A stretch of 59,266 nt of DNA from Armatimonadota bacterium (GTDB taxonomy: Bacteria; Armatimonadota; Fimbriimonadia; Fimbriimonadales; GBS-DC), in NCBI GenBank assembly GCA_037444405.1, contig JBBIML010000019.1:1-59266 (forward strand). The letters run 5' to 3'. The position numbers were made by a program, and so were the translations under genes. Positions 44,475 through 53,589 of the stretch are shown in pieces. The notes under the pieces are model-generated. The model was not told the DNA's origin. It made no database searches and was given only the letters and a program-made list of their open reading frames with translations. Each line of letters starts with the position of its first letter. The first letter of the stretch is position 1.

Positions 44475-45449
44475 ATGGCAACCAAACTGTTCCGTGAAGC
44501 CCTGCGTGAGGCGCTGATCGAGGAGATGGACAGGGATGAAACGGTGTTCCTGATTGGCGAAGACATCGGACGCTATCAGGGCACTTTCCGCGTCACGGAA
44601 GGGCTGTTCCAGAAGTATGGTCCGAATCGGGTGTGGGACACGCCCATCTCCGAGCCGGGCTTTATCGCAATCGCAATTGGCGCGGCGATGGAAGGGTTGC
44701 GACCCGTCGTGGAGGTGATGACCTGGAGCTTCGCCTTCCTGGCGATGGATCAGATTGTGAACCATGCGGCGAAGATTCTCTACAAATCGGGCGGGGCATG
44801 CCCTGTGCCGCTCGTGATTCGCGGTCCTGCCGGACCGGGCAAGCAGCTGGCAGCCCAGCATTCGCACAGTTTCGAGCTGTGGGTGGCGCACTCGCCCGGC
44901 TTAAAGGTGGTGCTGCCCTCCACCCCTGCCGACGCCAAAGGGCTGCTGAAGACCGCCATCCGCGACAATAACCCCGTGATGTTTATTGAGCATCCGCAGC
45001 TGTACCTGACGCGGGGCGAGGTGCCCGACGGCGAATATACCATCCCGTTCGGTGTGGCGGACATCAAGCGCGTCGGGCGCGATGTGTCGATCATCACCTA
45101 TTCGCGCGGCGTGCTGCTCGCCCAGCAGGCGGCTGAACGCCTCCAGCAGGAGGGCATCGAGGTGGAGATTGTCGACCTGCGCACGCTCGTGCCCTGCGAC
45201 TGGGAGACGGTGTTCAACTCGGTGCGCAAGACGCACCGCGCGATTGCCCTGCATGACGACTGGCGCTACTGCGGCTTCGGCGCGGAGATCGCCGCCCAGA
45301 TTCAGGAGCAGGTGTTCGACTGGCTGGACGCGCCCGTGCTGCGCGTGGCGGGCGCCGATGTGCCGATGCCCTACAACAAATATCTGGAACGCGCCGCCTA
45401 CCCGCAGGTGGATGATGTGATCGCGGCGGTCAGACAGGTGCTAACATAG
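44475..45449 (+). CDS. pdhB: pyruvate dehydrogenase E1 beta
   Basis: GEDIG, DTPISE, AQHS, DLRTL, DVPMPY. Confidence 0.95.
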   Translation: MATKLFREALREALIEEMDRDETVFLIGEDIGRYQGTFRVTEGLFQKYGPNRVWDTPISEPGFIAIAIGAAMEGLRPVVEVMTWSFAFLAMDQIVNHAAKILYKSGGACPVPLVIRGPAGPGKQLAAQHSHSFELWVAHSPGLKVVLPSTPADAKGLLKTAIRDNNPVMFIEHPQLYLTRGEVPDGEYTIPFGVADIKRVGRDVSIITYSRGVLLAQQAAERLQQEGIEVEIVDLRTLVPCDWETVFNSVRKTHRAIALHDDWRYCGFGAEIAAQIQEQVFDWLDAPVLRVAGADVPMPYNKYLERAAYPQVDDVIAAVRQVLT

Positions 45450-45462
45450 GGAGGCTAGAACG

Positions 45463-46752
45463 ATGCAGACGGTGATAATGCCGAAGATGGGCGACGCGAT
45501 GGAGGAGGGCACGCTCGTCCGCTGGCTCAAGCAGGAGGGCGAGATGGTCAAAGCGGGCGAGCCGATTGCTGAAATCGCGACCGACAAGGCAACGATTGAG
45601 CTGGAGGCGCCCGCATCGGGCATCCTGCGCGGCATTCGTGTTCAGGAGGGCGCGACCGTGCCCATCAATACCCCGCTGGCGTATATCTTAGCCGAAGGCG
45701 AATCGCTGCCCAGCGAACTTGATCGGGACGGCAAACCTGCCGAAGCCCCCTCAACCGTACCCTCTCCTCCCCAGAGCAGCGTGGGCGTCCCACCCCAGAT
45801 TGCCCCCTCACCTGTACCCTCTCCCCCAGCGGGGGAGAGGGCTGAAACTCCCCTCCCCCCCAGCGCGGGAGAGGGGCAGGGGGTGAGGGCTGAACGCATC
45901 CTCGCCTCCCCGCTCGCCCGCAAAATCGCGCGGGAGCATGGCATCGACCTGCGCCTGCTGAAAGGCACAGGACCGCAGGGGCGCATCGTGGAGCGCGATG
46001 TGCTGGCGTATCTCCAGCAGCGCGCGGTGCAACCTGCTGTCGCCGCACCTGCGCCCGCACCCATCGCCGCCCGCACGGAGCCGCTGAACCGCCTGCGCCA
46101 GATCACCGCCCAGCGCACCACCGAAGCCAAGCAGACCATCCCCCACTTCTACCTCACTATCGAAATCGACATGGAGGCGGCGCTCGCCCTGCGCGAAACG
46201 CTCAATCGCCTCGAAGAGGGCGTGCGCGTCAGCGTGAACGATCTGGTTCTCAAGGCGTGCGCCGTCGCGATTGAGAAGCACCCCATCGTCAACGCCTCCT
46301 ATCGCGACGGGACGCTGGTCTATGCCGACGGCATCCATATCGGGATCGCCGTCGCGGTGGACGAGGGTCTGCTGGTCGCCGTCGTGCGCCACTGCGAGAG
46401 CAAGCCGCTGCTGCGCATCGCACAGGAGGCGCAGACGCTCATCCAGAAGGCGCGCGAGGGCAAACTGCTACCCGATGAGATGACGGGCAACACCTTCACC
46501 GTGTCGAATCTGGGCATGTTCGATATTGATGAGTTCGCGGCGATTATCAACCCGCCCGCAAGCGCGATACTGGCGGTCGGCGCGGTGAAGAAGGTGCCTG
46601 TGGTGATGGACGACGGCTCCATCCAGCCTCGCTCCCGCATGAAGGTCACGCTCTCATGCGACCATCGCGTGCTGGACGGTGCGACAGGCGCCCGATTCTT
46701 ACAGGAGCTGAAGCGCGTGCTGGAGAACCCCGTGCTGATGGGCTATCGATAA
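45463..46752 (+). CDS. pdhC: pyruvate dehydrogenase E2, dihydrolipoamide acetyltransferase
   Basis: Lipoyl ATDKA, ASPLARK...GTGPQGRI, SCDHRVLDG. Confidence 0.95.
   Translation: MQTVIMPKMGDAMEEGTLVRWLKQEGEMVKAGEPIAEIATDKATIELEAPASGILRGIRVQEGATVPINTPLAYILAEGESLPSELDRDGKPAEAPSTVPSPPQSSVGVPPQIAPSPVPSPPAGERAETPLPPSAGEGQGVRAERILASPLARKIAREHGIDLRLLKGTGPQGRIVERDVLAYLQQRAVQPAVAAPAPAPIAARTEPLNRLRQITAQRTTEAKQTIPHFYLTIEIDMEAALALRETLNRLEEGVRVSVNDLVLKACAVAIEKHPIVNASYRDGTLVYADGIHIGIAVAVDEGLLVAVVRHCESKPLLRIAQEAQTLIQKAREGKLLPDEMTGNTFTVSNLGMFDIDEFAAIINPPASAILAVGAVKKVPVVMDDGSIQPRSRMKVTLSCDHRVLDGATGARFLQELKRVLENPVLMGYR
45803..45889. repeat. composite REP-like element in frame in the pdhC linker (partial copy at 45746-45772)
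   Basis: Closely similar to intergenic 58609-58697; encodes PSPVPSPPAGERAETPLPPSAGEGQGVR. Confidence 0.85.
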
Positions 46753-46762
46753 TGGCTTCACA

Positions 46763-48346
46763 GTGCCTGAGAGGACCTGCATGACGGAAGGGAGTCGCTC
46801 CTGCTTGCTTGCAGATTGCTGGGATGAGGGCATGGTTGCCCACCTCATTCCCACCGTTAACCATGAGCGGATACTGATCAAGGTCTCATTCCGCGCGCCC
46901 CAGCGCCATCCGCCCTTCCTGAAGGTGGGCAGGCGCAAGCTGGTCGCCTATCGGGCGGACACGGAGGGACGGTTCTGGCAGTTCGATGTGCGCGGGCTTT
47001 CACCGAACACGGAATATGAACTCTCTCTGGTCGACCGTGCCGGGAGGCGTCTTTGTGAACCCTGGGCGTTGCGCACCTTCCCTGCGCCTGAGTCGCGGGT
47101 GGATCACCTGCGAGTGCTGGCGTTCACATGTGGCGGCGGCTACGGTGAGCTGCCGCCGGTAGGTGGGATGAGTCTCTTTCTGCCGATAGAGGTGCGTCAG
47201 CGCCTGCTACGGCGCGCTCTGAGTTTCAATCCCCATCTGGTGATTGCGAATGGCGACCACCTCTACTGGGATCAGCGTACCTGGCTCGAGAGTCGCAATC
47301 CCATCGTGCGCGATCTGTCCCGTCGGGTCTATGAAACCTTCGGCTTTTTTGATCGGCGGTTGCCGATATGGGGGACGCCGAACGAGCGATTGCTTATCCG
47401 TGTTGGTGATAGCCAGATTGCCGCGCTGTACGGCACGATGCTGCGCTCCGTGCCGTGCTTCTTTCTTCAGGACGATCACGACTACTTTGAGAATGATGAG
47501 GCGGACGATCGCTGGATTACCTTTCCGCCAGACCCGTTTCGGCTGCGATTGGCTCGAGCTGTTCAGCATCTCTATTATCCTGAGTTTCTGCTGGCGCCGG
47601 CTCAGCCGGCGGGGCTGGCTGGCGCCTCTGCCAATGACCGTCTGCCCGAACTGTCCGAGTGTTATGGCGCCATTCGCTGCGGGCGTCTGGTTGAGGGATT
47701 GCTCTACGATTGCCGCCGTTTCATGACCCTGAAAGGCGCTCTGTCGGTCTTCGTGGACGAGGATGCCGAGCGGTGGCTGATTGAGCGCACGCGCGATGAA
47801 TCTGCGGTTCTGCACTGTTTCCATTGTCCCTCCGTACCCTTTGGGTGGTCGGCGGGCAAGTGGGGTGAGTGGTATCCGGATGTGCGCACCGCCAACAATC
47901 AGCTAACTGTTGCTCAGCCGAAGCCCTACTGGCAGAGCGGGTGGTTCGCTCAGCACCAGCGAATCGTGCATGCGCTCGGCTCCCAGAAGCGACGCCTGCC
48001 ACTCGTTATTTCGGGCGACTTGCACGCTCTTGCCGCCGGCAAAATCATCCGTAGTGGCGAATACAACTTTCAAATGAACCCCATCTATGCCATCCTGTGC
48101 GGTCCGCTGGGCACGGGTGATCTAGGATTCCCGTCCGCCTTTCGGGGAACCGCGCCGATGGTGCCCAATGCACTCACTGTCGAGCAGCTTCTACCGCCTA
48201 CCGAGAAGAACGGTTTTACCCTGATCGACTTCACAGTCGATGAGGTCACGATTCGCCTTTTTGCGTGGCGCCCTCCGCAGCCTGTGGAAGCCATCGACAC
48301 CCTTGAACCTGTCGCCACCTTTCGCTGGCGCCGCCCGCAGCGGTAG
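46763..48346 (+). CDS. PhoD-like metallophosphoesterase (start uncertain)
   Basis: NGDHLYWD, DDHDYFEND, YDCRR, SGDLH, NGFT. Confidence 0.7.
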   Translation: MPERTCMTEGSRSCLLADCWDEGMVAHLIPTVNHERILIKVSFRAPQRHPPFLKVGRRKLVAYRADTEGRFWQFDVRGLSPNTEYELSLVDRAGRRLCEPWALRTFPAPESRVDHLRVLAFTCGGGYGELPPVGGMSLFLPIEVRQRLLRRALSFNPHLVIANGDHLYWDQRTWLESRNPIVRDLSRRVYETFGFFDRRLPIWGTPNERLLIRVGDSQIAALYGTMLRSVPCFFLQDDHDYFENDEADDRWITFPPDPFRLRLARAVQHLYYPEFLLAPAQPAGLAGASANDRLPELSECYGAIRCGRLVEGLLYDCRRFMTLKGALSVFVDEDAERWLIERTRDESAVLHCFHCPSVPFGWSAGKWGEWYPDVRTANNQLTVAQPKPYWQSGWFAQHQRIVHALGSQKRRLPLVISGDLHALAAGKIIRSGEYNFQMNPIYAILCGPLGTGDLGFPSAFRGTAPMVPNALTVEQLLPPTEKNGFTLIDFTVDEVTIRLFAWRPPQPVEAIDTLEPVATFRWRRPQR

Positions 48347-48390
48347 TCATTCAGGTTCATACGGTGTGCGACGCAAAAGAACTGCCCCTC

Positions 48391-51300
48391 TCAGCGGGCA
48401 CGCTCCAGCAGCACTTCGATGGCTTTATCGAGCTGGCGGTCGCGCCCTGCTGCCAGGTCGTCGGGCATATCTTCCACGAGATGGTCGGGCTGGGCGCCGT
48501 TGCCCTCCAGGTTGATACCCTTATCGATGGTGTACCAGCCCCGTCCGGGCGTGCTGACGCGGCTGCCGTCCATCAGGGTGCGCTGTCCCGTGCTGATGAC
48601 TCCGCCCGCTGTGGGCGTGCCGATGAGCGGTCCGCGCCGAAGCGTCTTGATGGCGTGCGCGAAAATCTCGGCGTTGCTGAAGCTGGCGTAGTTGCACAGC
48701 ACGGCGATTGGTTTCGTCCATTCGGGCACGGGCAGACGGTCGTGCGGGTAGCCGGGCTTGCCGCCACGCCCGACGGTGTAGGCATGGCGCGGCACATGCA
48801 GAATCGCGAGCAGGTAATCGGCGGTGCGCCCGCCACCGTTGAAGCGCACATCGATCACCAGCCCCTGCTTGCCATAGGCGGCGGCATAGAGGTCACGAAT
48901 GAACTCGCGCAGGCTCTGTTCGCCCATCGCCTGAATATGCACATAGCCCAGCCTGCCCCCGCTCTTCTGCTCCACATAGCGCCGATTGCGCTGCACCCAA
49001 TCGCGATAGCGGGCGTTGCTATATTCGCTGATTGAGATGGGGCGCAGGTACACTGTGCGCTCTTTGCCATCAGGCTGACGCACCAGCAGTTCAACCCGCT
49101 TATCCACCTTGCCCTCTAACAGCCGCCACACATTGGTGGTGGGCGTGATGCGCTGTCCGTCGATTGTTAGCACGCGCTCGCCTGGCTGGAGGTTCACCTC
49201 GCGGCGGGCGGCGGGCGTGTTCGGCAGAACACGCTCAATCAGCAAGCCCTCCCCGTCGCGCCGATTGCTCCACACCACGCCCAGCATGCCAGTTGGCTGA
49301 CCGCCCTCTTCCGAATCGCCCTGCGCGGGGCTGAAGCTCACATGCGACGAGCGCAGCTCGCCCAGCATCAGATAGACCAGCACAGTGAAGTCGCGCTCCG
49401 CCCGCGCGTAGGGCAGGTACGGACGATATTTGGTGCGCATCGCGCTCCAGTTGACGCCGTGAAAGTTCGGGTCATAGAAGGTTTCGTTCAGCGTGCGCCA
49501 GACGGCATCGAGCAGGTAGGCGCGCTCGGCATCGGGACGGATGCGTATCTGCACTTCGGTGCTGGTCGCCTGCGGCGTGCCGCCCGTCGCCGCGACGCGC
49601 TGGAGGCGTCCCCGACTCAGAAAGTAGAGCGTTTTACCGTCGCTGCTCCAGGCGATTTGCGTCGGGTTCATCCCGCCCGTGGTGAGCCGCTTTTCGTCCG
49701 TGCCATCCCACTTGATGGTGTAGAGGTCCGACTGCCCCTGATAGGCGGTGCGGTAGGCGATGCGCTCCGCATCGGGTGAGACGACCGCCTCCTGCACGCC
49801 GTCCGCATAGCGCGTGACGGCGCGAATGCGCAGGTGAATGTCCTCAAAGTCGATCTGCACCTGCGGTGGTTTCTGCTCCATTTTCTCCTCTTTGCCGGGC
49901 GCATCGTGGCGGGCGTCCTCCTCGTCCTCGCGGTCAGCGCGGGTCTTCTCGTCGTCCTCTTTGCGCAGATAGACGAAGTAGATATTGGGCGTATCGGTGT
50001 CGCGCTCGGAGAGGAACACCAGCGCACGCCCATCCGCCGACCATGAGGGCGAGCTGTCGTTGCGCGGATGGCGCGTCAGGTTCACTGGCTCGCCGCCCTC
50101 CGCTGATACAATCCAGATGTCGCTATTGTAGTTCTCGTCCGCCTGCTCATACGCCAGCCAGCGACTGTCGGGCGACCAGAGGAAATCGCCCAGGTTCCAG
50201 CCTTTGACCAGCACGCGCTCCTGCCGCGTCTCGATGTCCATCACCACCAGATCGCCCGCACCGCGACGGAAGGCAAGCTTTTTGCCGTCTGGCGAGAGGC
50301 GTGGGGAGGTCTCGCTGTCGGGCGTTTGAGTGAGCGGTTCGAGCCTGAGCTTGCGGGCGCGACGCAGGCGCGGTTCTTCAGGGTCATCCGAAGTGAGCCG
50401 ATAGAGATCGCTCTGACCCTCCCGCTCTGCAGAAAAGATCAGCACCTTGCTGTCGGGCGACCATGTGAGTCCCGATTCGGGTTCGACGGTCTCTGTGAGA
50501 TTGCGCGTGATGCCGCCGTCGGGGAAGCGCGTCGCGAAGATTTCGCCGCGCACCACGAAAGCGACCTCCTTACCGCTGGGCGCAACGGCATACTCGGAGA
50601 TGTTGCCCGTGAAAGTGCGCACGACCTCTGGCATGCCGCGTTCATCGTCGGCGGGGATAGTGAGCGCGATGGGCTGTAGATTGCCCGACGGCAGCTCCAG
50701 CCGCCAGATATCCATGCCCTGCTCGAAGACGATCACGCGCCCGTTCGCACTGATTTGCGGGAAGCGCACGCCGTCCTCTTTGAAGCGTGTGAGCGGGCGC
50801 ACCCGCCGTGTGGCGACCTCCATCGCGTAGAGGTTATAGGTTCCGTCGCGCTCGGAAACGAAGTAGAGCGTGCGTCCGTCGGGCGCCCACATCGGGAAGG
50901 TATCGGGCGTGTCGGTGTCGGTCAGACGAACGAAGCGGTTGCTGTCGAGTTGATGGAGCCACAGGTCGCCCGTCGCGCTGCCCCGATAGCCCTTGCGCCA
51001 CCATGCGCTGTGGCGACGCACGAAGGCAACCTGCTTGCCGTCGGGCGCGAGCGCGGCGGGTGTGCCCTCCACATCGTGCAGGCGATACGGCGTGCCGCCA
51101 CTCAGCGGCGCCACATAGGGCACCGAGCGCACCCCATACGGCTCCCAGTCGCGCTGAGATTCGAAAATCACCGCCTGACTGTCGGGCGTCCAGCCCAGCG
51201 TGCGATCGGTGCCAGAAAACCATGTCAGCCGCTGAATGCGCCCCGTGTCCAGATACAGCACGAACACATCGTCGTTGCCGTAGCGATCGGAGGTGAAGGC

Positions 51301-51543
51301 AATCTTTTTACCATCGGGCGACCACACAGGCGCAAAATCATAACCCTCGTGTACGGTGAGCCGTTGCGCCTGTCCGCCTGTGAGGGGCGCCAGCCATAAA
51401 TCGCCCTGATAGGAGAAGACCAGTTGTGTGCCGTCGGGCGATGGCGCAGGATACCGCGCGAACTTCACCACCGCCTGCGCGTACCCGCCAGCAATCACAC
51501 CAACCAGCCATCCAACCAACCAGCCTCTACGAACCCACCTCAT
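48391..51543 (-). CDS. tricorn-like S41 protease
   Basis: PD40-type propeller repeats (WSPDG), GELRSSH, PDZ, GYVHI, DVRFNGGG, SFSNAE. Confidence 0.93.
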   Translation of the reverse strand: MRWVRRGWLVGWLVGVIAGGYAQAVVKFARYPAPSPDGTQLVFSYQGDLWLAPLTGGQAQRLTVHEGYDFAPVWSPDGKKIAFTSDRYGNDDVFVLYLDTGRIQRLTWFSGTDRTLGWTPDSQAVIFESQRDWEPYGVRSVPYVAPLSGGTPYRLHDVEGTPAALAPDGKQVAFVRRHSAWWRKGYRGSATGDLWLHQLDSNRFVRLTDTDTPDTFPMWAPDGRTLYFVSERDGTYNLYAMEVATRRVRPLTRFKEDGVRFPQISANGRVIVFEQGMDIWRLELPSGNLQPIALTIPADDERGMPEVVRTFTGNISEYAVAPSGKEVAFVVRGEIFATRFPDGGITRNLTETVEPESGLTWSPDSKVLIFSAEREGQSDLYRLTSDDPEEPRLRRARKLRLEPLTQTPDSETSPRLSPDGKKLAFRRGAGDLVVMDIETRQERVLVKGWNLGDFLWSPDSRWLAYEQADENYNSDIWIVSAEGGEPVNLTRHPRNDSSPSWSADGRALVFLSERDTDTPNIYFVYLRKEDDEKTRADREDEEDARHDAPGKEEKMEQKPPQVQIDFEDIHLRIRAVTRYADGVQEAVVSPDAERIAYRTAYQGQSDLYTIKWDGTDEKRLTTGGMNPTQIAWSSDGKTLYFLSRGRLQRVAATGGTPQATSTEVQIRIRPDAERAYLLDAVWRTLNETFYDPNFHGVNWSAMRTKYRPYLPYARAERDFTVLVYLMLGELRSSHVSFSPAQGDSEEGGQPTGMLGVVWSNRRDGEGLLIERVLPNTPAARREVNLQPGERVLTIDGQRITPTTNVWRLLEGKVDKRVELLVRQPDGKERTVYLRPISISEYSNARYRDWVQRNRRYVEQKSGGRLGYVHIQAMGEQSLREFIRDLYAAAYGKQGLVIDVRFNGGGRTADYLLAILHVPRHAYTVGRGGKPGYPHDRLPVPEWTKPIAVLCNYASFSNAEIFAHAIKTLRRGPLIGTPTAGGVISTGQRTLMDGSRVSTPGRGWYTIDKGINLEGNGAQPDHLVEDMPDDLAAGRDRQLDKAIEVLLERAR

Positions 51544-51579
51544 ACCCCCCCTTTTCGCCATAAAAAGAGGAGGTTCCTA

Positions 51580-51996
51580 TCATGGCGGAGTGAGGAGCTT
51601 CACAAAATCGGCGGCGCTGACGATGGCGATGCCCTGATAGCTGCCAAGCGGCAGGAGATGGCGACGATCGCCCGTAACGATATGCGTCGCACCTCCTACC
51701 ACCGCACATTCCAGCACCACATGGTCATCTATATCTCTCACCACACCACTGAGAGTACGAGTAATTGTTATTAACTGTGAAAATTTTAGAATCTCATCTA
51801 CTGCAGATTGTGCTTGGGATGGTTCATAGCCAAACTTGCTCTCCAGCTTTTCGCGAAACTCATCAAGAATTTCTTGACAAGTGATAGATTGGGCAGCCCC
51901 CGCCTTTGTCAGTGCGATGCAATGAAAAGGCGCCCCAGTAGTGGAGAGCAGGGCGGATAGCAGGATATTGGTATCAAATACCGCTATTGGGCGCAC
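51580..51996 (-). CDS. PIN-domain toxin (VapC-like), copy 1
   Basis: VFDTNIL, E, DDH.VLECA, IVTGD. Confidence 0.88.
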   Translation of the reverse strand: MRPIAVFDTNILLSALLSTTGAPFHCIALTKAGAAQSITCQEILDEFREKLESKFGYEPSQAQSAVDEILKFSQLITITRTLSGVVRDIDDHVVLECAVVGGATHIVTGDRRHLLPLGSYQGIAIVSAADFVKLLTPP

Positions 51997-52247
51997 GCGC
52001 GATCCTCGTGGATCAGGTCGTCAATAAAGGCTTCGCGTTCCTGCTCGCTCATGGCGTCCCAGTTCAATCCGCGTTGAGCTGCCAGCTGGCGCACACGCTC
52101 CTGACCATACTGCGACAGTTCCGCCCAGCGCGCCCAGCGAGTCAGCAGTAGATTGCGTAAAAGCTCCTCCTGCTTTTCAGGCGACAGCTGGCGCACCAGC
52201 TCGATGACCTGCTCATCCGTCAGTTCCAGTTTCGGCACGGGTCCCAC
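51984..52247 (-). CDS. putative antitoxin, copy 1
   Basis: 87 aa, acidic C-terminus, overlaps the PIN gene by 13 nt. Confidence 0.75.
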   Translation of the reverse strand: MGPVPKLELTDEQVIELVRQLSPEKQEELLRNLLLTRWARWAELSQYGQERVRQLAAQRGLNWDAMSEQEREAFIDDLIHEDRACAQ

Positions 52248-52304
52248 CCGACCATATTGTACCGCATGCTGGCCCTGGCGAGCAATTGCTCCGCAGGTGT
52301 GAAA

Positions 52305-52367
52305 GATCGATGCCCGAATACCATGTCAACCGCTGCGTGCGCCTCATGCCCGATCCAGCACAAACAC
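52305..52367 (-). pseudogene. degenerate fragment of the tricorn protease 5' region
   Basis: Aligns with 51204-51267 with one gap; VFVL...RTQRLTWYSGID versus VFVL...RIQRLTWFSGTD. Confidence 0.75.
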
Positions 52368-52381
52368 GAAGGGGGTTCCTG

Positions 52382-52795
52382 TCATGGCGGAGTGAGGAGC
52401 TTCACAAAATCGGCGGCGCTGACGATGGCGATGCCCTGATAGCTGCCCAGCGGCAAGAGATGGCGACGATCGCCCGTAACGATATGCGTCGCACCTCCTA
52501 CCACCGCACACTCCAGCACCTTATGATCATCAGGGTCTGCCACGATGTCAGAAAGGGCGTTCGATATATGAACAACTCTCGAGAAAAGCAAAATCTCGCT
52601 TATAGCTCTAACAATATCTTCTTCGGGCATTTGCCGCTTCAGTCGAAGCGCGTTTTGCAACTCGCTCAATATCTCCTGGCAGGTCACCGATTCCACCAGA
52701 CCTCTGCGCGCAAGTTGAAGGCACTGATGAGCTGTCCCCTGCCAGCCCAAGCCAGAAAATAGAATATTGGTATCAAATACCGCTATTGGGCGCAC
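52382..52795 (-). CDS. PIN-domain toxin (VapC-like), copy 2
   Basis: VFDTNIL, E, DPDDHKVLECA, IVTGD. Confidence 0.88.
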   Translation of the reverse strand: MRPIAVFDTNILFSGLGWQGTAHQCLQLARRGLVESVTCQEILSELQNALRLKRQMPEEDIVRAISEILLFSRVVHISNALSDIVADPDDHKVLECAVVGGATHIVTGDRRHLLPLGSYQGIAIVSAADFVKLLTPP

Positions 52796-53046
52796 GCGCG
52801 ATCCTCGTGGATCAGGTCGTCAATAAAGGCTTCGCGTTCCTCTTCGGTCATCGAGTCCCAGTTCAGCCCGCGTTCAGCACAGAGACGGCGCATTTGCTGT
52901 TCACCTTCCGCTACGATACGCGCCCACCATGCATCGCGCGTGGCGTTCAGTATCTGCAGTACCGCTCTCTGTCGCTCTGGTGGTAGCTGCAGAATCAGCT
53001 CCACAACCTGTTCATCCGTCAGTTCCAGTTTCGGCACGGGTTTCAC
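52783..53046 (-). CDS. putative antitoxin, copy 2
   Basis: 87 aa paralog of 51984-52247 with the same overlap. Confidence 0.75.
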   Translation of the reverse strand: MKPVPKLELTDEQVVELILQLPPERQRAVLQILNATRDAWWARIVAEGEQQMRRLCAERGLNWDSMTEEEREAFIDDLIHEDRACAQ

Positions 53047-53073
53047 CCGACCCTATTGTACCGCATGCCGGGC

Positions 53074-53463
53074 TTACCGGGCAATCACCTCGTAGGTGCG
53101 GAAGTCGGAGGTCATCGGGGGCTGTTCGCCACGCGCCTTCGCCTCACGAATGTCCTCAAAACCGCGCTGATGTCCCTCCAGAAATTCAGGCGACTGAACC
53201 CACGCGCGAAAATGCTCCTCGCTGTCCCAGTGGCTGACCACCAGATAGGGATCACCCTCGCGCTGGGGACGCAACACATACATCCCGCGAAAGCCGGGCA
53301 TCCTGTCGATCGCGCGAGCGCGCGTGCGAAAGAGATGCTCAAACCGCTCGCGGTATTCGGGCGTGCAGGTGATGTAGTTAATCGCGACAAAGCCGCCCTC
53401 GGACGCCGTAAACGCCTCCTGCAAAGCCTCTCTCATCTCCATCTGCATAGCCATTGCCTCCAT
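53074..53463 (-). CDS. ABM-family monooxygenase, IsdG/MhuD-like
   Basis: VAIN, PGF, HWDSEEHFRAWVQSPEFLEGH; Asn/Trp/His positions resemble heme-degrading enzymes. Confidence 0.75.
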   Translation of the reverse strand: MEAMAMQMEMREALQEAFTASEGGFVAINYITCTPEYRERFEHLFRTRARAIDRMPGFRGMYVLRPQREGDPYLVVSHWDSEEHFRAWVQSPEFLEGHQRGFEDIREAKARGEQPPMTSDFRTYEVIAR

Positions 53464-53472
53464 TCTCTATAG

Positions 53473-53502
53473 AGTATACCTTTAGCCTGGCTAAGAAATC
53501 AA
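53473..53502 (-). promoter_or_regulatory. promoter with a palindrome in the -35/-10 spacer
   Basis: Minus strand TTGATT-18bp-TATACT; dyad TTAGCC-T-GGCTAA at 53482-53494. Confidence 0.5.
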
Positions 53503-53589
53503 GGGGTACACCGACCTCTTGACTTGCCTGCTTGCAAACGGGTACAGTATCGGTGCAGCGCGGCGGCTGCGGGTTATGTCAATCGGGCG

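Noticed and set aside
43425..44891. 488-aa minus-strand ORF
   Set aside because: Antisense shadow of pdhA/pdhB
51572..53068. Diversity-generating retroelement interpretation of the TA repeats
   Set aside because: No reverse transcriptase in the window and the mismatches are not confined to adenines
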